Counted from the stretch's first letter, positions 9,537-19,153 are shown. The stretch: DNA of 64,000 nucleotides from an uncultured delta proteobacterium (GCA_963843145.1 CAWJJC010000021.1:133616-197615); one strand, 5' to 3'. Program-made: numbers and translations. Notes: a model not told the origin generated them from the sequence alone.

Positions 9537-11357
9537 TCAAAACGCTTCCTCCGGAATATCGAGGGCCGAAGTATCCTCCTGCTGCAGGGCTACCTGCCGG
9601 GAGAAGACGTTGGGCAGGATCTGACGGCAGAAGAAGCGGGCGGTCTCGATCTTCCCCCGGTAGAAGATCCCCTGGGCCGACTGGGGATCCACATTTTTAA
9701 GCTTCTCCCGGGCCACCAACCCCTGTTCGAGCAGCTCCCGGGCCAGCACTGCCTCGGCCATGCATTCCAGGAAGCGGGTGGCGGATAAGGGGATCAACCC
9801 CAGCCGGCCTTCCTGAAAGTACGACAGGAAACGGCCGGCATAATCGCCCAGCACCCCGCCGGCCTTCAGGAGCAGGGTAAAATCCTTGGCCAAGTCGGGA
9901 TCTTCCGTGTTGGCCTGGGCAAAACCGGTCAATTTTCCAAGCCAACCCTGGAAAACGGCGCCTCCGGACATCATCAGCTTCCGACCCACCAGATCCAGGG
10001 CCTGGATATAGGTCGTACCTTCATAGATCGAGGCGCTTTTCACGTCCCGAGCATACTGCTCAACGGGAAACTCCCGGCAGTAGCCCACGCCCCCCATGAC
10101 CTGGATGGCCTCCCGGCAAAGCAGGTAGGCGAAATCGGAGCAATAGGCCTTGACCAGTGGGGTGAGCAAATCCACTGTTTGACCGGCCTCCCGCCGGACA
10201 GCCTCCTCCGGGTCGAACCGGGAGACATCCGTCAGGTAATAGAGCTTCAGGATGAAGGCCCGCATGGCCTCCGTGCCGGCCTTGAGGGTCAGGAGCATAC
10301 GACGGACGTCCTCGTGTTCGACGATCCGCACTCTGGGACCCGATCGATTACTGAAAAGCGGTCCCTGGACCCGTTCTTTGGCGTAGCTCCGGGCGGCATC
10401 GTAGGCGGCTGAAGCCACCCCCAGGGCCAGGAGACCGGTCCCCATACGGGCTTCATTCATCATTTGAAACATCTTGGACATGCCGGTTTGGGGTTCGCCC
10501 AGCAGGATACCCCGGCAGCGTCCGTTTTCCCCGAAGCTCAGACCGCAGGTGGCGGAGCCATGCAACCCCATCTTGTGCTCGATGTTGGTGCAGAAGACAT
10601 CGTTGGGTTCTCCCCAAGATCCATCCGCATTGACCCAGATCTTGGGTACGATGAAGAGGCTGATGCCTTTGGTCCCCTGGGGGGCACCCTCGATCCGGGC
10701 CAGGACCAGGTGGATGATGTTTTCGGTCAGGTCCTGTTCCCCGCTGCTGATAAAACGCTTGGTCCCTTCGATTTTATAGACACGGCCAGTTTCGGAAGAA
10801 GGGTCCGGCGTGGCCTTGGTTTTGATGTGTCCCACATCACTGCCGGCATCCGCCTCGGTCAGGCACATGGTCCCGCCCCAGATGCCGTTATACATCTTTT
10901 CACAGAAAAGGGCCTTTTCCTCTTCTGTTCCGAAACTCTCGATCAGGTGGCTGGCCCCAACCGCCAGTCCGGAATAGATTTTCATGGCCGAGTTGGCGCT
11001 GATGAAATACTCGGCCACCTGCCCGAAAATCGTCAAGGGGAGCCCCTGCCCGCCGAACCGAGGGGAAACGGACAGGCTGAACCAGCCGTTCTCGGACAGG
11101 ACTTTCCAGCAGTCATGAAAGGAAGCCGGGACCTTTACCCGGCCCTCCTCATAGGTCAATCCCTGTTGATCTCCATCCTGCAGGGTAGGACCGATGACTT
11201 CCCGGGCTACCTTAAAACCTTCGGCCAGGATCATCTTAAAGTCGTCCAGGGTAAAGTCTTTGAAAGTCTCGTATCCGAGCAGCCTCTCCAGATCCAACAT
11301 CTCAAAAAGCACAAATTCCGGATCACGGTCATCCCGCCGGAAGAAGTTCACACCCAT
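9537..11357 (-). CDS. Acyl-CoA dehydrogenase (long type)
   Basis: GTMCLTEADAGSDVG, GTKRFISSG, EHKMGLHGSATC, IYEGT; start moved to ATG 11357 with AAGGAG RBS. Confidence 0.93.
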   Translation of the reverse strand: MGVNFFRRDDRDPEFVLFEMLDLERLLGYETFKDFTLDDFKMILAEGFKVAREVIGPTLQDGDQQGLTYEEGRVKVPASFHDCWKVLSENGWFSLSVSPRFGGQGLPLTIFGQVAEYFISANSAMKIYSGLAVGASHLIESFGTEEEKALFCEKMYNGIWGGTMCLTEADAGSDVGHIKTKATPDPSSETGRVYKIEGTKRFISSGEQDLTENIIHLVLARIEGAPQGTKGISLFIVPKIWVNADGSWGEPNDVFCTNIEHKMGLHGSATCGLSFGENGRCRGILLGEPQTGMSKMFQMMNEARMGTGLLALGVASAAYDAARSYAKERVQGPLFSNRSGPRVRIVEHEDVRRMLLTLKAGTEAMRAFILKLYYLTDVSRFDPEEAVRREAGQTVDLLTPLVKAYCSDFAYLLCREAIQVMGGVGYCREFPVEQYARDVKSASIYEGTTYIQALDLVGRKLMMSGGAVFQGWLGKLTGFAQANTEDPDLAKDFTLLLKAGGVLGDYAGRFLSYFQEGRLGLIPLSATRFLECMAEAVLARELLEQGLVAREKLKNVDPQSAQGIFYRGKIETARFFCRQILPNVFSRQVALQQEDTSALDIPEEAF

Positions 11358-11440
11358 GGGGGTCTCCTTTCTTTTGCTGCTGAACGGTTGGGAAAAAGGC
11401 GCTTTCCCCAGAACCGGATAAACCGGGTTTTCCGTCCCTG

Positions 11441-12622
11441 TCAACTGAACACGCCGGATTTTTCAAACTCGGCAATTTCCTCATCCCCGTATCCGAGATC
11501 TTTGAGGACCTCGATGGTATGGGTCCCGGCCGGAACGCCGATGTTTCGGTATTCGGGAGCGGTTCCCGAGTATTTGATCGGGTGGGCCAATTGTTTGACT
11601 GAACCGCCTCCGGGCAGAGGCAACTTGACCACCATTTCCCTTTCCCGGGCCTGGGGATCGGAGAGGGCTTCGGCCAGGGTCAGGACCGGCTCCACGCAGG
11701 CGTCATAGTTCTTGAAAATCTCCCCCCACTCCCCGCGCGTCTTGGTTTTAATGATTTCCCGGACCTCTCTTTTTATTTTGGGAAGGTCGGTGGTCACGAC
11801 CGTTCCCGGAATCAGGTCCGGACGGTCGATGGCCCGGCAAAAGGCGGCAAAAAATTGGGGTTCCAACCCGCCAAAGCTGAGGTGGCTGCCCTCGCTGGTT
11901 TCGTAAAAGTCATATAAGGACCCGCTGTTCAACAGGTGTCCCTCCCGCTCCAGTTCTTGGCCGTCGGCTAGAAAAGCCGCCCCGACCATGGCGTTAAAGG
12001 CCATGACCCCGTCGGTCATGGCTACGTCGATGTACTGGCCTTCACCGGTTTGCTGCCGGTGAACCACGGCGGCCAAAATGCCGATCACGGAATTATTGGA
12101 ACCGGAGGCGATGTCGGCGATCTGCATGCCCGTCAGGACCGGACCGGTTTCTTTCTTGCCGGAATAGGCCATCAGCCCGGACCGGGCCAGGTAGTTGATG
12201 TCATGGCCGGCGCGGTCGGCCATGGGCCCGGTCTGCCCATAGCCGGTCAGGGAACAGTAGATGAGGCGGGGTTGGCGTTCCTTTAAGGTTCCATAATCCA
12301 GACCAAATTTGGCCATTACCCCGGGGCGGAACTGTTCGATGAGGATGTCGTACTCCTCGATAAGCTGGTGAACGATTTTGACGGCCCGGAGATCCTTGAG
12401 GTTTAAAGTCAGAGACTTTTTCCCCCGGCCCAGATAAGCCAGAATGGCGGAGATGGTCTCTTTCCCGATAAAAGGCGGCAGCCTAGTGGTCAGGTCGATG
12501 CGCGTTCCCGAGACTACCCTCAGCACCTCAGCGCCCATATCGGCCAGCATCATCGTGGCGTAAGGGCCCGGCAACAGGGTGGTGAAGTCCAGTACTTTTA
12601 AACCTTGTAAAGGTCCGGCCAT
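11441..12622 (-). CDS. CaiB/BaiF family III CoA transferase (acyl-CoA racemase-like)
   Basis: LKVLDFTTLLPGPYATMMLADMGAEV, EQFRPGVM, AGHDINY. Confidence 0.93.
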   Translation of the reverse strand: MAGPLQGLKVLDFTTLLPGPYATMMLADMGAEVLRVVSGTRIDLTTRLPPFIGKETISAILAYLGRGKKSLTLNLKDLRAVKIVHQLIEEYDILIEQFRPGVMAKFGLDYGTLKERQPRLIYCSLTGYGQTGPMADRAGHDINYLARSGLMAYSGKKETGPVLTGMQIADIASGSNNSVIGILAAVVHRQQTGEGQYIDVAMTDGVMAFNAMVGAAFLADGQELEREGHLLNSGSLYDFYETSEGSHLSFGGLEPQFFAAFCRAIDRPDLIPGTVVTTDLPKIKREVREIIKTKTRGEWGEIFKNYDACVEPVLTLAEALSDPQAREREMVVKLPLPGGGSVKQLAHPIKYSGTAPEYRNIGVPAGTHTIEVLKDLGYGDEEIAEFEKSGVFS

Positions 12623-12825
12623 GAAATCACTCCTTTAAGTCCGTTGTTTGGCCCTATTTATAATCTTTTTGGAAGCATAAAAGCAACCTTCTTAAGCCCC
12701 GGCGCCATTCCTGTCCCAGGCACAGGACCTGGTGTGGGTGTTCCTTGTTTAAGACGAAAATAAATCCGTCCCTCTTGTCATTGCGACCCTGGACTTGATC
12801 CTCGCAATAACGGGTATCACAAATA

Positions 12826-13025
12826 TTTTCATGCTTCGGGGTGCCCGCCCCGGGCATGGGGTTTTTTGCCGTCATGCCGGACTCGATCCGGCATCCAGAT
12901 CCTTTTAGTCATATCCGAGGCCTGGATTCCGGATCGCGCTTCGCTTGTCCGGAATGACGAGCTGACTAAACCCTTTTGAAGCCCATTTTCAGGTTTCGCG
13001 GGTGCTCTTTCCGGGCATGGGGGGG
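12826..13025. repeat. Cluster of REP-like palindromes and a short dispersed repeat
   Basis: CGTCATGCCGGACTCGATCCGGCATCCAG...CTGGATTCCGG...CCGGAATGACG (12870-12959) flanked by two TTTTCAxGxTTCG...CCGGGCATGG copies (12826-12862, 12986-13025). Confidence 0.75.
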
Positions 13026-13096
13026 ATAGTCGCTAAAAAGGATCCAGCCGGGCGGCAGATAGTATGACCATTATCCTAAAAAATAGGGTAAAATAA

Positions 13097-13324
13097 TTTA
13101 TTTCGGAAAAAGAACTAAAACCGGATTATGTGGTCCCCCAGGGAATGGACTTTCGGGTTCCGCCGGCCGTGGCGGCCGCCGTGGCCCGGAGCGCCCTGGA
13201 AACCAAGGTGGCCCGCATAGAAGTCGATCCCGAACTTATTGCCCAAAGGGCTCGGGCCTTTATCTATGAAGGGGGAATCGGACTTTATCGGGATGAGGAG
13301 TTTAAGTTGGAAAGCGGGAGATAG
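13097..13324 (+). pseudogene. 3' remnant of a malic enzyme gene
   Basis: ISEKELKPDYVVPQGMDFRVPPAVAAAVARSALETKVAR matches the malic enzyme C-terminal pattern; in-frame TAA at 13094, no N-terminal part. Confidence 0.75.
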
Positions 13325-13408
13325 CCGGGGCGGATGCCGACGGACCGCAAAAAGTCCGCCCCGCCGGGCGGAAAGTCGTTTTTTGACGATTGGCGAGGTT
13401 AGCTAAGG

Positions 13409-14155
13409 ATGAAAGCCGTTTTTTCCATGTGGAAAAATACCCGCATGATTATCCTGACGGCGGTCTGCGCCGCCATTTACGGCGCGGCCCTGATCGCCTT
13501 CAAAACGGCCATTCCCTTGATCCCGGGGATCACCGAGGTCCGGGTGGGAAATATTCTTCCCGTGCCCTTCGGCCTGCTTTTCGGACCGGCCGGGGCCTGG
13601 GGTGCGGCCTTCGGGAATCTGATCGGAGATCTGCTGGGAGGGACCCTGAGTCCGGGTTCGACCGGGGGCTTCGTGGGCAACTTTCTTTTGGCCTATCTCC
13701 CCTATACTCTCTGGACCCAGTGGGTCCCTTTCCACCAGAAAACCCGGGAATGGAAACCCGGAGGAATTGGACCCTGGGTAACGTATTTTCTGGTAACGTT
13801 TATTTCCGCAGGGGCCTGCGCGATAATCGTCGGGACCGTAGTGGACGCCCTGGGAATCGTTCCCTATCTTGTGCTGACCAAGATCATCACCATCAATAAT
13901 ACCGTGGCCGGCTGGATCGGGGTTGTTCTGCTGACAACGGTATTCGGTTTCATTAAGGATGGCCTTCATCTTTTTTGGCCCGAGGTATTGGACGAAGAGG
14001 AAATCGGACGGCCGATCGCCGGCCCCTTGGGGGCCTGGGTGGTTTGTTTGGCCACCTTGTTTGGACTTTTCGGCGGGTACTTCAGCACGTTCGGTCCGGG
14101 CGCCATCGGCGGGCTGTCTTCACTGGCTATTATGCTGGGATGTCTGCTCCTCTAA
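13409..14155 (+). CDS. ECF transporter S component (QueT-like)
   Basis: Hydrophobic; EVRVGNILP, GLLFGPAGAWGAAFGNLIGD; precedes EcfA/EcfT. Confidence 0.85.
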   Translation: MKAVFSMWKNTRMIILTAVCAAIYGAALIAFKTAIPLIPGITEVRVGNILPVPFGLLFGPAGAWGAAFGNLIGDLLGGTLSPGSTGGFVGNFLLAYLPYTLWTQWVPFHQKTREWKPGGIGPWVTYFLVTFISAGACAIIVGTVVDALGIVPYLVLTKIITINNTVAGWIGVVLLTTVFGFIKDGLHLFWPEVLDEEEIGRPIAGPLGAWVVCLATLFGLFGGYFSTFGPGAIGGLSSLAIMLGCLLL

Positions 14156-14169
14156 AGCGGAACCCCCCC

Positions 14170-15840
14170 GTGCCTCAGGCCATTACCATTGAAGGCCTGT
14201 CCTTCACCTATCCAAAACAGGATCAACCGGCCCTGCGAAAGCTCAGCGGCTCCATGGACCAGGGGCGTTGGACCGTTCTGATGGGCAGGGAAGGGGCCGG
14301 CAAATCAACCCTCTGTTTTGCCTTAAATGGGTTAGTTCCTCATTTTTTTCGAGGAAGGTATCAGGGCCGGGTCATGGTCGGAGGCCGGGATCCGGCCCGG
14401 AGCAAAGTTTCGGAAATGGCCCGCCGGGTCGGTTTGGTTCTCCAGGATTTTGAGACCCAGCTTTTTTCGACCTCCGTGGAATTGGAAATGGTCTTCGGAC
14501 TGGAAAATATAGGACTCCCTCAGGGGGAGATGGACGCCCGGATCCAAAAATATTTGAAGTGGGTCGGCTTGGAAAAGATGCGGCAGCGGGAACCGGCCAG
14601 CCTTTCCGGGGGGGAAAAACAAAGGCTGGCCATCGGCGCGGTCCTGGCCATGGAACCTGATTTTTTGGTTTTGGATGAACCAACCACCGATCTGGACCCT
14701 GCCGGCCGGCAGGACGTCTATGGAATTATTAATCATTGGCGAAATCTGGGCAAGACGCTGGTTTTGGTGGAGCAGGACCCGGATGTGGTTTTGGAGGCCG
14801 ATCGACTCTGGGTCATCCAAGAAGGGGAACTGAAGACCAGCGGGCTTCCCGAGGACCTCTTCAGAAAAGGATCTTTTTCGGAGCAGGGGCTGCAACGTCC
14901 GGCCCTGATGGAGTTGTTCCATCTGTTGGATTGGTCGGAAGGACCGCTGACCGTCGATGAGGCCGAGTTCCTGATTCGGAAGAAAAGTCCGGTATCGATA
15001 GAAAAAAATTATGGGCTTCCGGAAGGTCGAATGAATACGGGTAAGGCCCTGATACAGGTTGATCGGGTCGAATACCGTTATCCCCAGGGGGGAGCCAGTG
15101 CCCTTAAACAAGTCACCCTGGAGATCCGGGAAGGGGAATTTATCGCCCTTCTGGGGCCTAATGGCTCTGGAAAGTCTACTCTGGCCAGGCTGTTGAATGG
15201 TCTGCTGAAGCCCTCGGCCGGCCGAGTCCTGGTGAAAGGCCGGCCGACCACAAGTTTCAGTCCTCCGGATATGGCCAAAGAGGTGGGCTATGTTTTTCAA
15301 AATCCCGATCACCAGCTTTTTGCCCGAACCGTTGCGGAAGAGGTGGGCTTTGGCCCCCGAGTCCTGGGCCTGGAGAGCAAAGCCCTTCAGCAGCGGGTCA
15401 AAGAAGCGCTTGAGGCCGTCGGTTTGGAAGGATATGACCAAAGAGAGCCTTTTGCCCTGACCAAAGGAGAACGACAGCGCCTGGCCGTAGCCTCCATGCT
15501 GGCTGCCCGCCCCTGGCTGTTGATTTTGGACGAGCCCACCACCGGCCTGGACAACGGGCATCAGCGGGGAATGCTGGATATGTTAAATCGACTGAACCAA
15601 CAGGGTCACACCATCCTGATTGTTACCCATCATCTCTGGGTGGCCGCAGAATATTGCCGGCGTTGTGTGGTTCTGAAAGAGGGGAAGGTCTGGGTGGAAG
15701 GAGCCACGCGATCCGTTTTCCAGCAGGAGTCGCTCCTGAAGGAAGCCTCCCTGGTTCTTCCGCCGATCATGCGGCTATCCAATCGGCTGAATTATCAGGG
15801 ACTGACTGCGGCGGCCCTGGCCCGGGAAATAAGGCCATGA
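14170..15840 (+). CDS. ECF transporter fused double ATPase (EcfA-A')
   Basis: Two ABC cassettes: GREGAGKST/LSGGEKQR/LDEPT and GPNGSGKST/LTKGERQR/LDEPT; GTG start 14170 inferred. Confidence 0.92.
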   Translation: MPQAITIEGLSFTYPKQDQPALRKLSGSMDQGRWTVLMGREGAGKSTLCFALNGLVPHFFRGRYQGRVMVGGRDPARSKVSEMARRVGLVLQDFETQLFSTSVELEMVFGLENIGLPQGEMDARIQKYLKWVGLEKMRQREPASLSGGEKQRLAIGAVLAMEPDFLVLDEPTTDLDPAGRQDVYGIINHWRNLGKTLVLVEQDPDVVLEADRLWVIQEGELKTSGLPEDLFRKGSFSEQGLQRPALMELFHLLDWSEGPLTVDEAEFLIRKKSPVSIEKNYGLPEGRMNTGKALIQVDRVEYRYPQGGASALKQVTLEIREGEFIALLGPNGSGKSTLARLLNGLLKPSAGRVLVKGRPTTSFSPPDMAKEVGYVFQNPDHQLFARTVAEEVGFGPRVLGLESKALQQRVKEALEAVGLEGYDQREPFALTKGERQRLAVASMLAARPWLLILDEPTTGLDNGHQRGMLDMLNRLNQQGHTILIVTHHLWVAAEYCRRCVVLKEGKVWVEGATRSVFQQESLLKEASLVLPPIMRLSNRLNYQGLTAAALAREIRP

Positions 15841-16631
15841 ATTTTTTTCTTTACTCCGAGCGAGAGACCCTGATCCATCGCCTCGATCCCCGGACCAAAC
15901 TGGCCTCCCTGGCGTCCCTTTTTGCCTTAGCCTTGCTCTTCAATCATCCCCTCTATTCGGCCGGGGTAGGCCTGGTGGTAGTGACGGGATTCGTCGTGGC
16001 GAAGACCTGGAAGGGATTGTGGCGGTTTCGTTGGCTTCTAGGGCTTTTGTTTATTTTTAGCGGTATAATTTGGCCGTTAACTTTGAAGGATTTTCCGGTC
16101 TGGTGGTCGGCAGGGCCGTTTCAGATCAGCAGGGAGGCAGTGGGGTATGGCCTGGCCATGGGAATTCGCCTGGTCACCTTTGTCAGTAGCGGCATCCTTT
16201 TTCTCTCGGTTACGCGAAACGAAGAAATCACCCAGGGTCTGATAAGGATAAAAGTCCCCTACCCGGCAGCTTTTGCGCTTTCTACCGCCCTGCGTTTACT
16301 GCCTACCTTTGTGGGGGCCGGGGCCACTATCATCGAGGCGCAGCGCTCTCGGGGATTGGACCTGGATAAAGGAAATATTTTTCGGCGGGTCGGGTACTTT
16401 ATCCCCCAGGCCGTTCCCCTCTTGATTTACGCCCTTCGCTACACTAATTTTCTGGCCATGGCTTTGGAGTCCCGGGGGTTCGATCCCGGTTATCCGCGGA
16501 CCTGGTATCGGGAATTGAAATTGGGACCCAACGATTACGGGGTGTTGGCTGGCGGGTTAATCCTTGTTGGGTTGGCGGTTTTTATCCGTCTCGGACTGGC
16601 TGTGGGGGCTGTCATCCCCCAGCGTCTCTAA
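15837..16631 (+). CDS. ecfT: ECF transporter T component
   Basis: IHRLDPRTK, EAQRSRG, AMALESRGF; ATGA overlap with the ATPase. Confidence 0.92.
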   Translation: MNFFLYSERETLIHRLDPRTKLASLASLFALALLFNHPLYSAGVGLVVVTGFVVAKTWKGLWRFRWLLGLLFIFSGIIWPLTLKDFPVWWSAGPFQISREAVGYGLAMGIRLVTFVSSGILFLSVTRNEEITQGLIRIKVPYPAAFALSTALRLLPTFVGAGATIIEAQRSRGLDLDKGNIFRRVGYFIPQAVPLLIYALRYTNFLAMALESRGFDPGYPRTWYRELKLGPNDYGVLAGGLILVGLAVFIRLGLAVGAVIPQRL

Positions 16632-17012
16632 GGCCCCCTCGAATAGAGGCTGAAAAACCTCGCAGTTCCGGCAAATCATTATTTTGTCCTTCCAGCTTTT
16701 TTGGGCTGATCCCCGGCAGAAAGTTCCGCTGATGAACCAGCAAAGGTGTCCGCATCGAAACTCCCAGGCGGGACAGTGGAGTTTTTGATTCGGGGGGCAA
16801 TTTCTAATCAGCCAGCAGACTACGGGCCGGCGCTGGATATTTCGAACCCGGGAATAAAGAAAAAAAACCTGCCGTTCGACGCCGCTCGGTATTTTTCGCC
16901 AGCCCTGTTCGTAGCTGTGTACCGCTTTGACGGAGAGGCCGAGTAGTCGGGCCATATCCCTCTGCGACTTCCCGATTTTTTTTCGAAACCCTGAGAACTC
17001 CCTGGAGGTCAT
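16557..17012 (-). CDS. XRE-family HTH regulator with Cys-rich two-CW domain
   Basis: SQRDMARLLGLSVKAVHSYEQGWR; CWLIRNC..CPAW..CWFISGTFC..CRNC. Confidence 0.85.
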   Translation of the reverse strand: MTSREFSGFRKKIGKSQRDMARLLGLSVKAVHSYEQGWRKIPSGVERQVFFLYSRVRNIQRRPVVCWLIRNCPPNQKLHCPAWEFRCGHLCWFISGTFCRGSAQKSWKDKIMICRNCEVFQPLFEGALETLGDDSPHSQSETDKNRQPNKD

Positions 17013-17022
17013 AATTTTTGAC

Positions 17023-17136
17023 GTTTCATCCTTTTGGGGAGGTACCTCCGCCTATTGGGTAGGGCCGTAAGGTCTCGGAGGCCTGATTTTAGGTTAACCT
17101 GCCGAATTTTGTGGACACCCGCCCAAGAGGACGAAC
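17023..17136 (-). repeat. Structured dispersed element, copy 1
   Basis: About 19-bp terminal inverted repeat; homologous to 46258-46361. Confidence 0.8.
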
Positions 17137-17190
17137 AAACAATATGTTTTAAAAGGAGTAAAAAGCCGTAAAAAATTCTTGTTTTCTATG

Positions 17191-17229
17191 CTACATTGTA
17201 GTATATACCACTAAGTGGTAGATAGGCAA
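17191..17229 (-). promoter_or_regulatory. Putative promoter and operator of the XRE/two-CW gene
   Basis: TTGCCT (17229-17224)-N18-TATACT (17205-17200); palindrome TACCACT-A-AGTGGTA in the spacer; CTACA-T-TGTAG at 17191-17201. Confidence 0.6.
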
Positions 17230-17257
17230 TAAAATAGTATCAGGGTCGGGGAAAGGT

Positions 17258-18634
17258 TTAACTTTTATTCGGAAGGCGGGTCTGAAGGATGGTATTCGAA
17301 AAAGAGCGCGCCAAAAAGGCGATCGACCCCAATCGCCCCACGACCAAGGCCAAAGCGGCGGCAACCACACCGATCAGCGTCCAATAATGGATACCCAGGG
17401 TCAGGACGATGACCATGAGCAGAATGTCCAATCCGGTAGCCCAGGTAAGAATTGCGGTGCGGCGGGCGTTGACCAGCACGGATCGTTGGAAAGTCAGCGC
17501 CATCCAGAGGGCCGGGAGGGGAGCCAGAATTTGAAGGGGTCTTCGAACAAAGGAGGCCAATTCCGGGGATAACCCGGATACCCGATGAAACCATAACAAG
17601 GAAAGAGGGGAAAAACCAAAAAGCGCAAAAAGTACGACCGTCAGGAACAGCAGTCCCAAGGCGAAGCGGAGCAGTTTTCGATAATTTTCCAGGTGGTCTC
17701 CCAGAAGGGCGATGGTAACTTCCTGGAAGGACAAACCGAAACTCATGAAAATAAGCAGCAGGGCTTGAAGCACCGGCCAGACGGCTAAGGATTCAATAGC
17801 CATTCGTCCCTGAGCCAGGAAATAGGAGATAACCGGGTTAATTCCCAGGGCCAGCATGGAGGTCAAGGCCAGGGGAAAATAGAAGGCGCCGATGGCTCGG
17901 TAGGTCAAGACTCGAGGGGACGAGAAGGAATCCTTATTCCCTGAATGCAGCCTGCGGATGATTTTTCTGGCCATCAGTCGGCTGGCCAGGGCTTCAATCA
18001 CCACCCCGGTGGTCAGGGCCCAGGCGCCCACACAGGCACCCGGCCAGGGGGAGAAAAGGAAGAGCAGTATCCCGGTTAGCGCCATGGCGGTCAGCCTGAT
18101 TGCAGTCCCGGCGGCCACCAGCCAGGTGCTTCCATGCTGGATGATGATCCCGTGGTAAAAACGGCGATAACCGATGGCCCAGGGGACGGCAATCAGAATG
18201 AGGGAAGCCTGATGGGTCAATTGGGCAACCCGGTCCGGAAGGCCGATGAGTTTCAGGGTGACAAAATAAAAAAGGGGCGGCCAAAGGCCCAGACCCATTA
18301 CCCCGGTTACCACGGTGATCAGACCCAGAGAAAAGTGGCGCATTTTGATATAGTCCTGCCAATTCCGGACCAGGGAGTTGGAGGCGCTGACCAGCATGAG
18401 TACCGGGGCCTCAATGAACAGCGTTATCGCAAAGGCGACCCCAAAGGCCGCCAAATTGAACTTGGCTTCGACTAAACGGGCGATGACGGCGCTTAAGAAG
18501 GATCCCTCAAAGGCCATCATCAACCAGGTTACTTCCAGGGGTAACCAAAACAGGAAGATATTCTTATAGCGCTGGGGTTCCTGACGGTTTTTCATCTTGG
18601 GAGGATGGTTAGCATTTCGGGTCGGAGGAATCAA
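17258..18634 (-). CDS. MATE/MOP-superfamily-like membrane transporter
   Basis: About 12 hydrophobic segments in two similar halves (FWLPLEVT / FYFPLALT; LAAFGVA / LAVWPVL); start uncertain. Confidence 0.7.
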   Translation of the reverse strand: MIPPTRNANHPPKMKNRQEPQRYKNIFLFWLPLEVTWLMMAFEGSFLSAVIARLVEAKFNLAAFGVAFAITLFIEAPVLMLVSASNSLVRNWQDYIKMRHFSLGLITVVTGVMGLGLWPPLFYFVTLKLIGLPDRVAQLTHQASLILIAVPWAIGYRRFYHGIIIQHGSTWLVAAGTAIRLTAMALTGILLFLFSPWPGACVGAWALTTGVVIEALASRLMARKIIRRLHSGNKDSFSSPRVLTYRAIGAFYFPLALTSMLALGINPVISYFLAQGRMAIESLAVWPVLQALLLIFMSFGLSFQEVTIALLGDHLENYRKLLRFALGLLFLTVVLFALFGFSPLSLLWFHRVSGLSPELASFVRRPLQILAPLPALWMALTFQRSVLVNARRTAILTWATGLDILLMVIVLTLGIHYWTLIGVVAAALALVVGRLGSIAFLARSFSNTILQTRLPNKS

Positions 18635-18794
18635 GTAAATTGAAACGGCGGGGGCAGGCAGAAGGGAATAAAGCCAGGTACTAAAAAATACAGCTAACTT
18701 TCTTAATAAATACAGGATTCACCCCATTTTTTTTTAAGAAAAAGGAGTTATACTTTTCTAAAATTCGACTAAGAACCTTAAAGTGGAGATTGTT

Positions 18795-19133
18795 ATGTTT
18801 TGTAAAAGACTGCAGGCGACCATGACGGTCAATGCCTGCCAAAAAAGGCAGAAGAAGGCACTTACCTATTTGGAGTTGGAGGCCTGTCGGGAATGTCCCC
18901 AGAAGGGCTTGGTGAACGCGGGATTGGAATCGGACCAGGATATCCTTAATATGATAAAGGAAATAGGTCTGCAATCTCCCCTGGGATTACAACTGCCCGG
19001 AGGAATCCAGCCCCTGATGGCTGTCGCTGAGGATAGAAATGCAATGAACCCGGCCAAGATGGAGAAAACCGAACAGAAAGGCTTTTATCGGCGAAGGATG
19101 AGAATGTCCCCTTCCCTGGACCATTCCGTATAA
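18795..19133 (+). CDS. Hypothetical protein with four N-terminal Cys
   Basis: GGAG RBS; MFCKRL..NAC..ACREC; followed by a hairpin. Confidence 0.55.
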   Translation: MFCKRLQATMTVNACQKRQKKALTYLELEACRECPQKGLVNAGLESDQDILNMIKEIGLQSPLGLQLPGGIQPLMAVAEDRNAMNPAKMEKTEQKGFYRRRMRMSPSLDHSV

Positions 19134-19153
19134 CGCGTTCTCCCCTCCCCAAC

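Noticed and set aside
10464-11708. Long antisense ORFs (also 14332-15561, 33082-34332, 44865-46118, 426-1049)
   Set aside because: Shadows of well-supported genes in GC-rich DNA, with no motifs
13360-13408. preQ1 riboswitch upstream of the QueT-like gene (GAGGTTAGCTA)
   Set aside because: No matching 3' stem strand or A-rich tail; overlaps the RBS region
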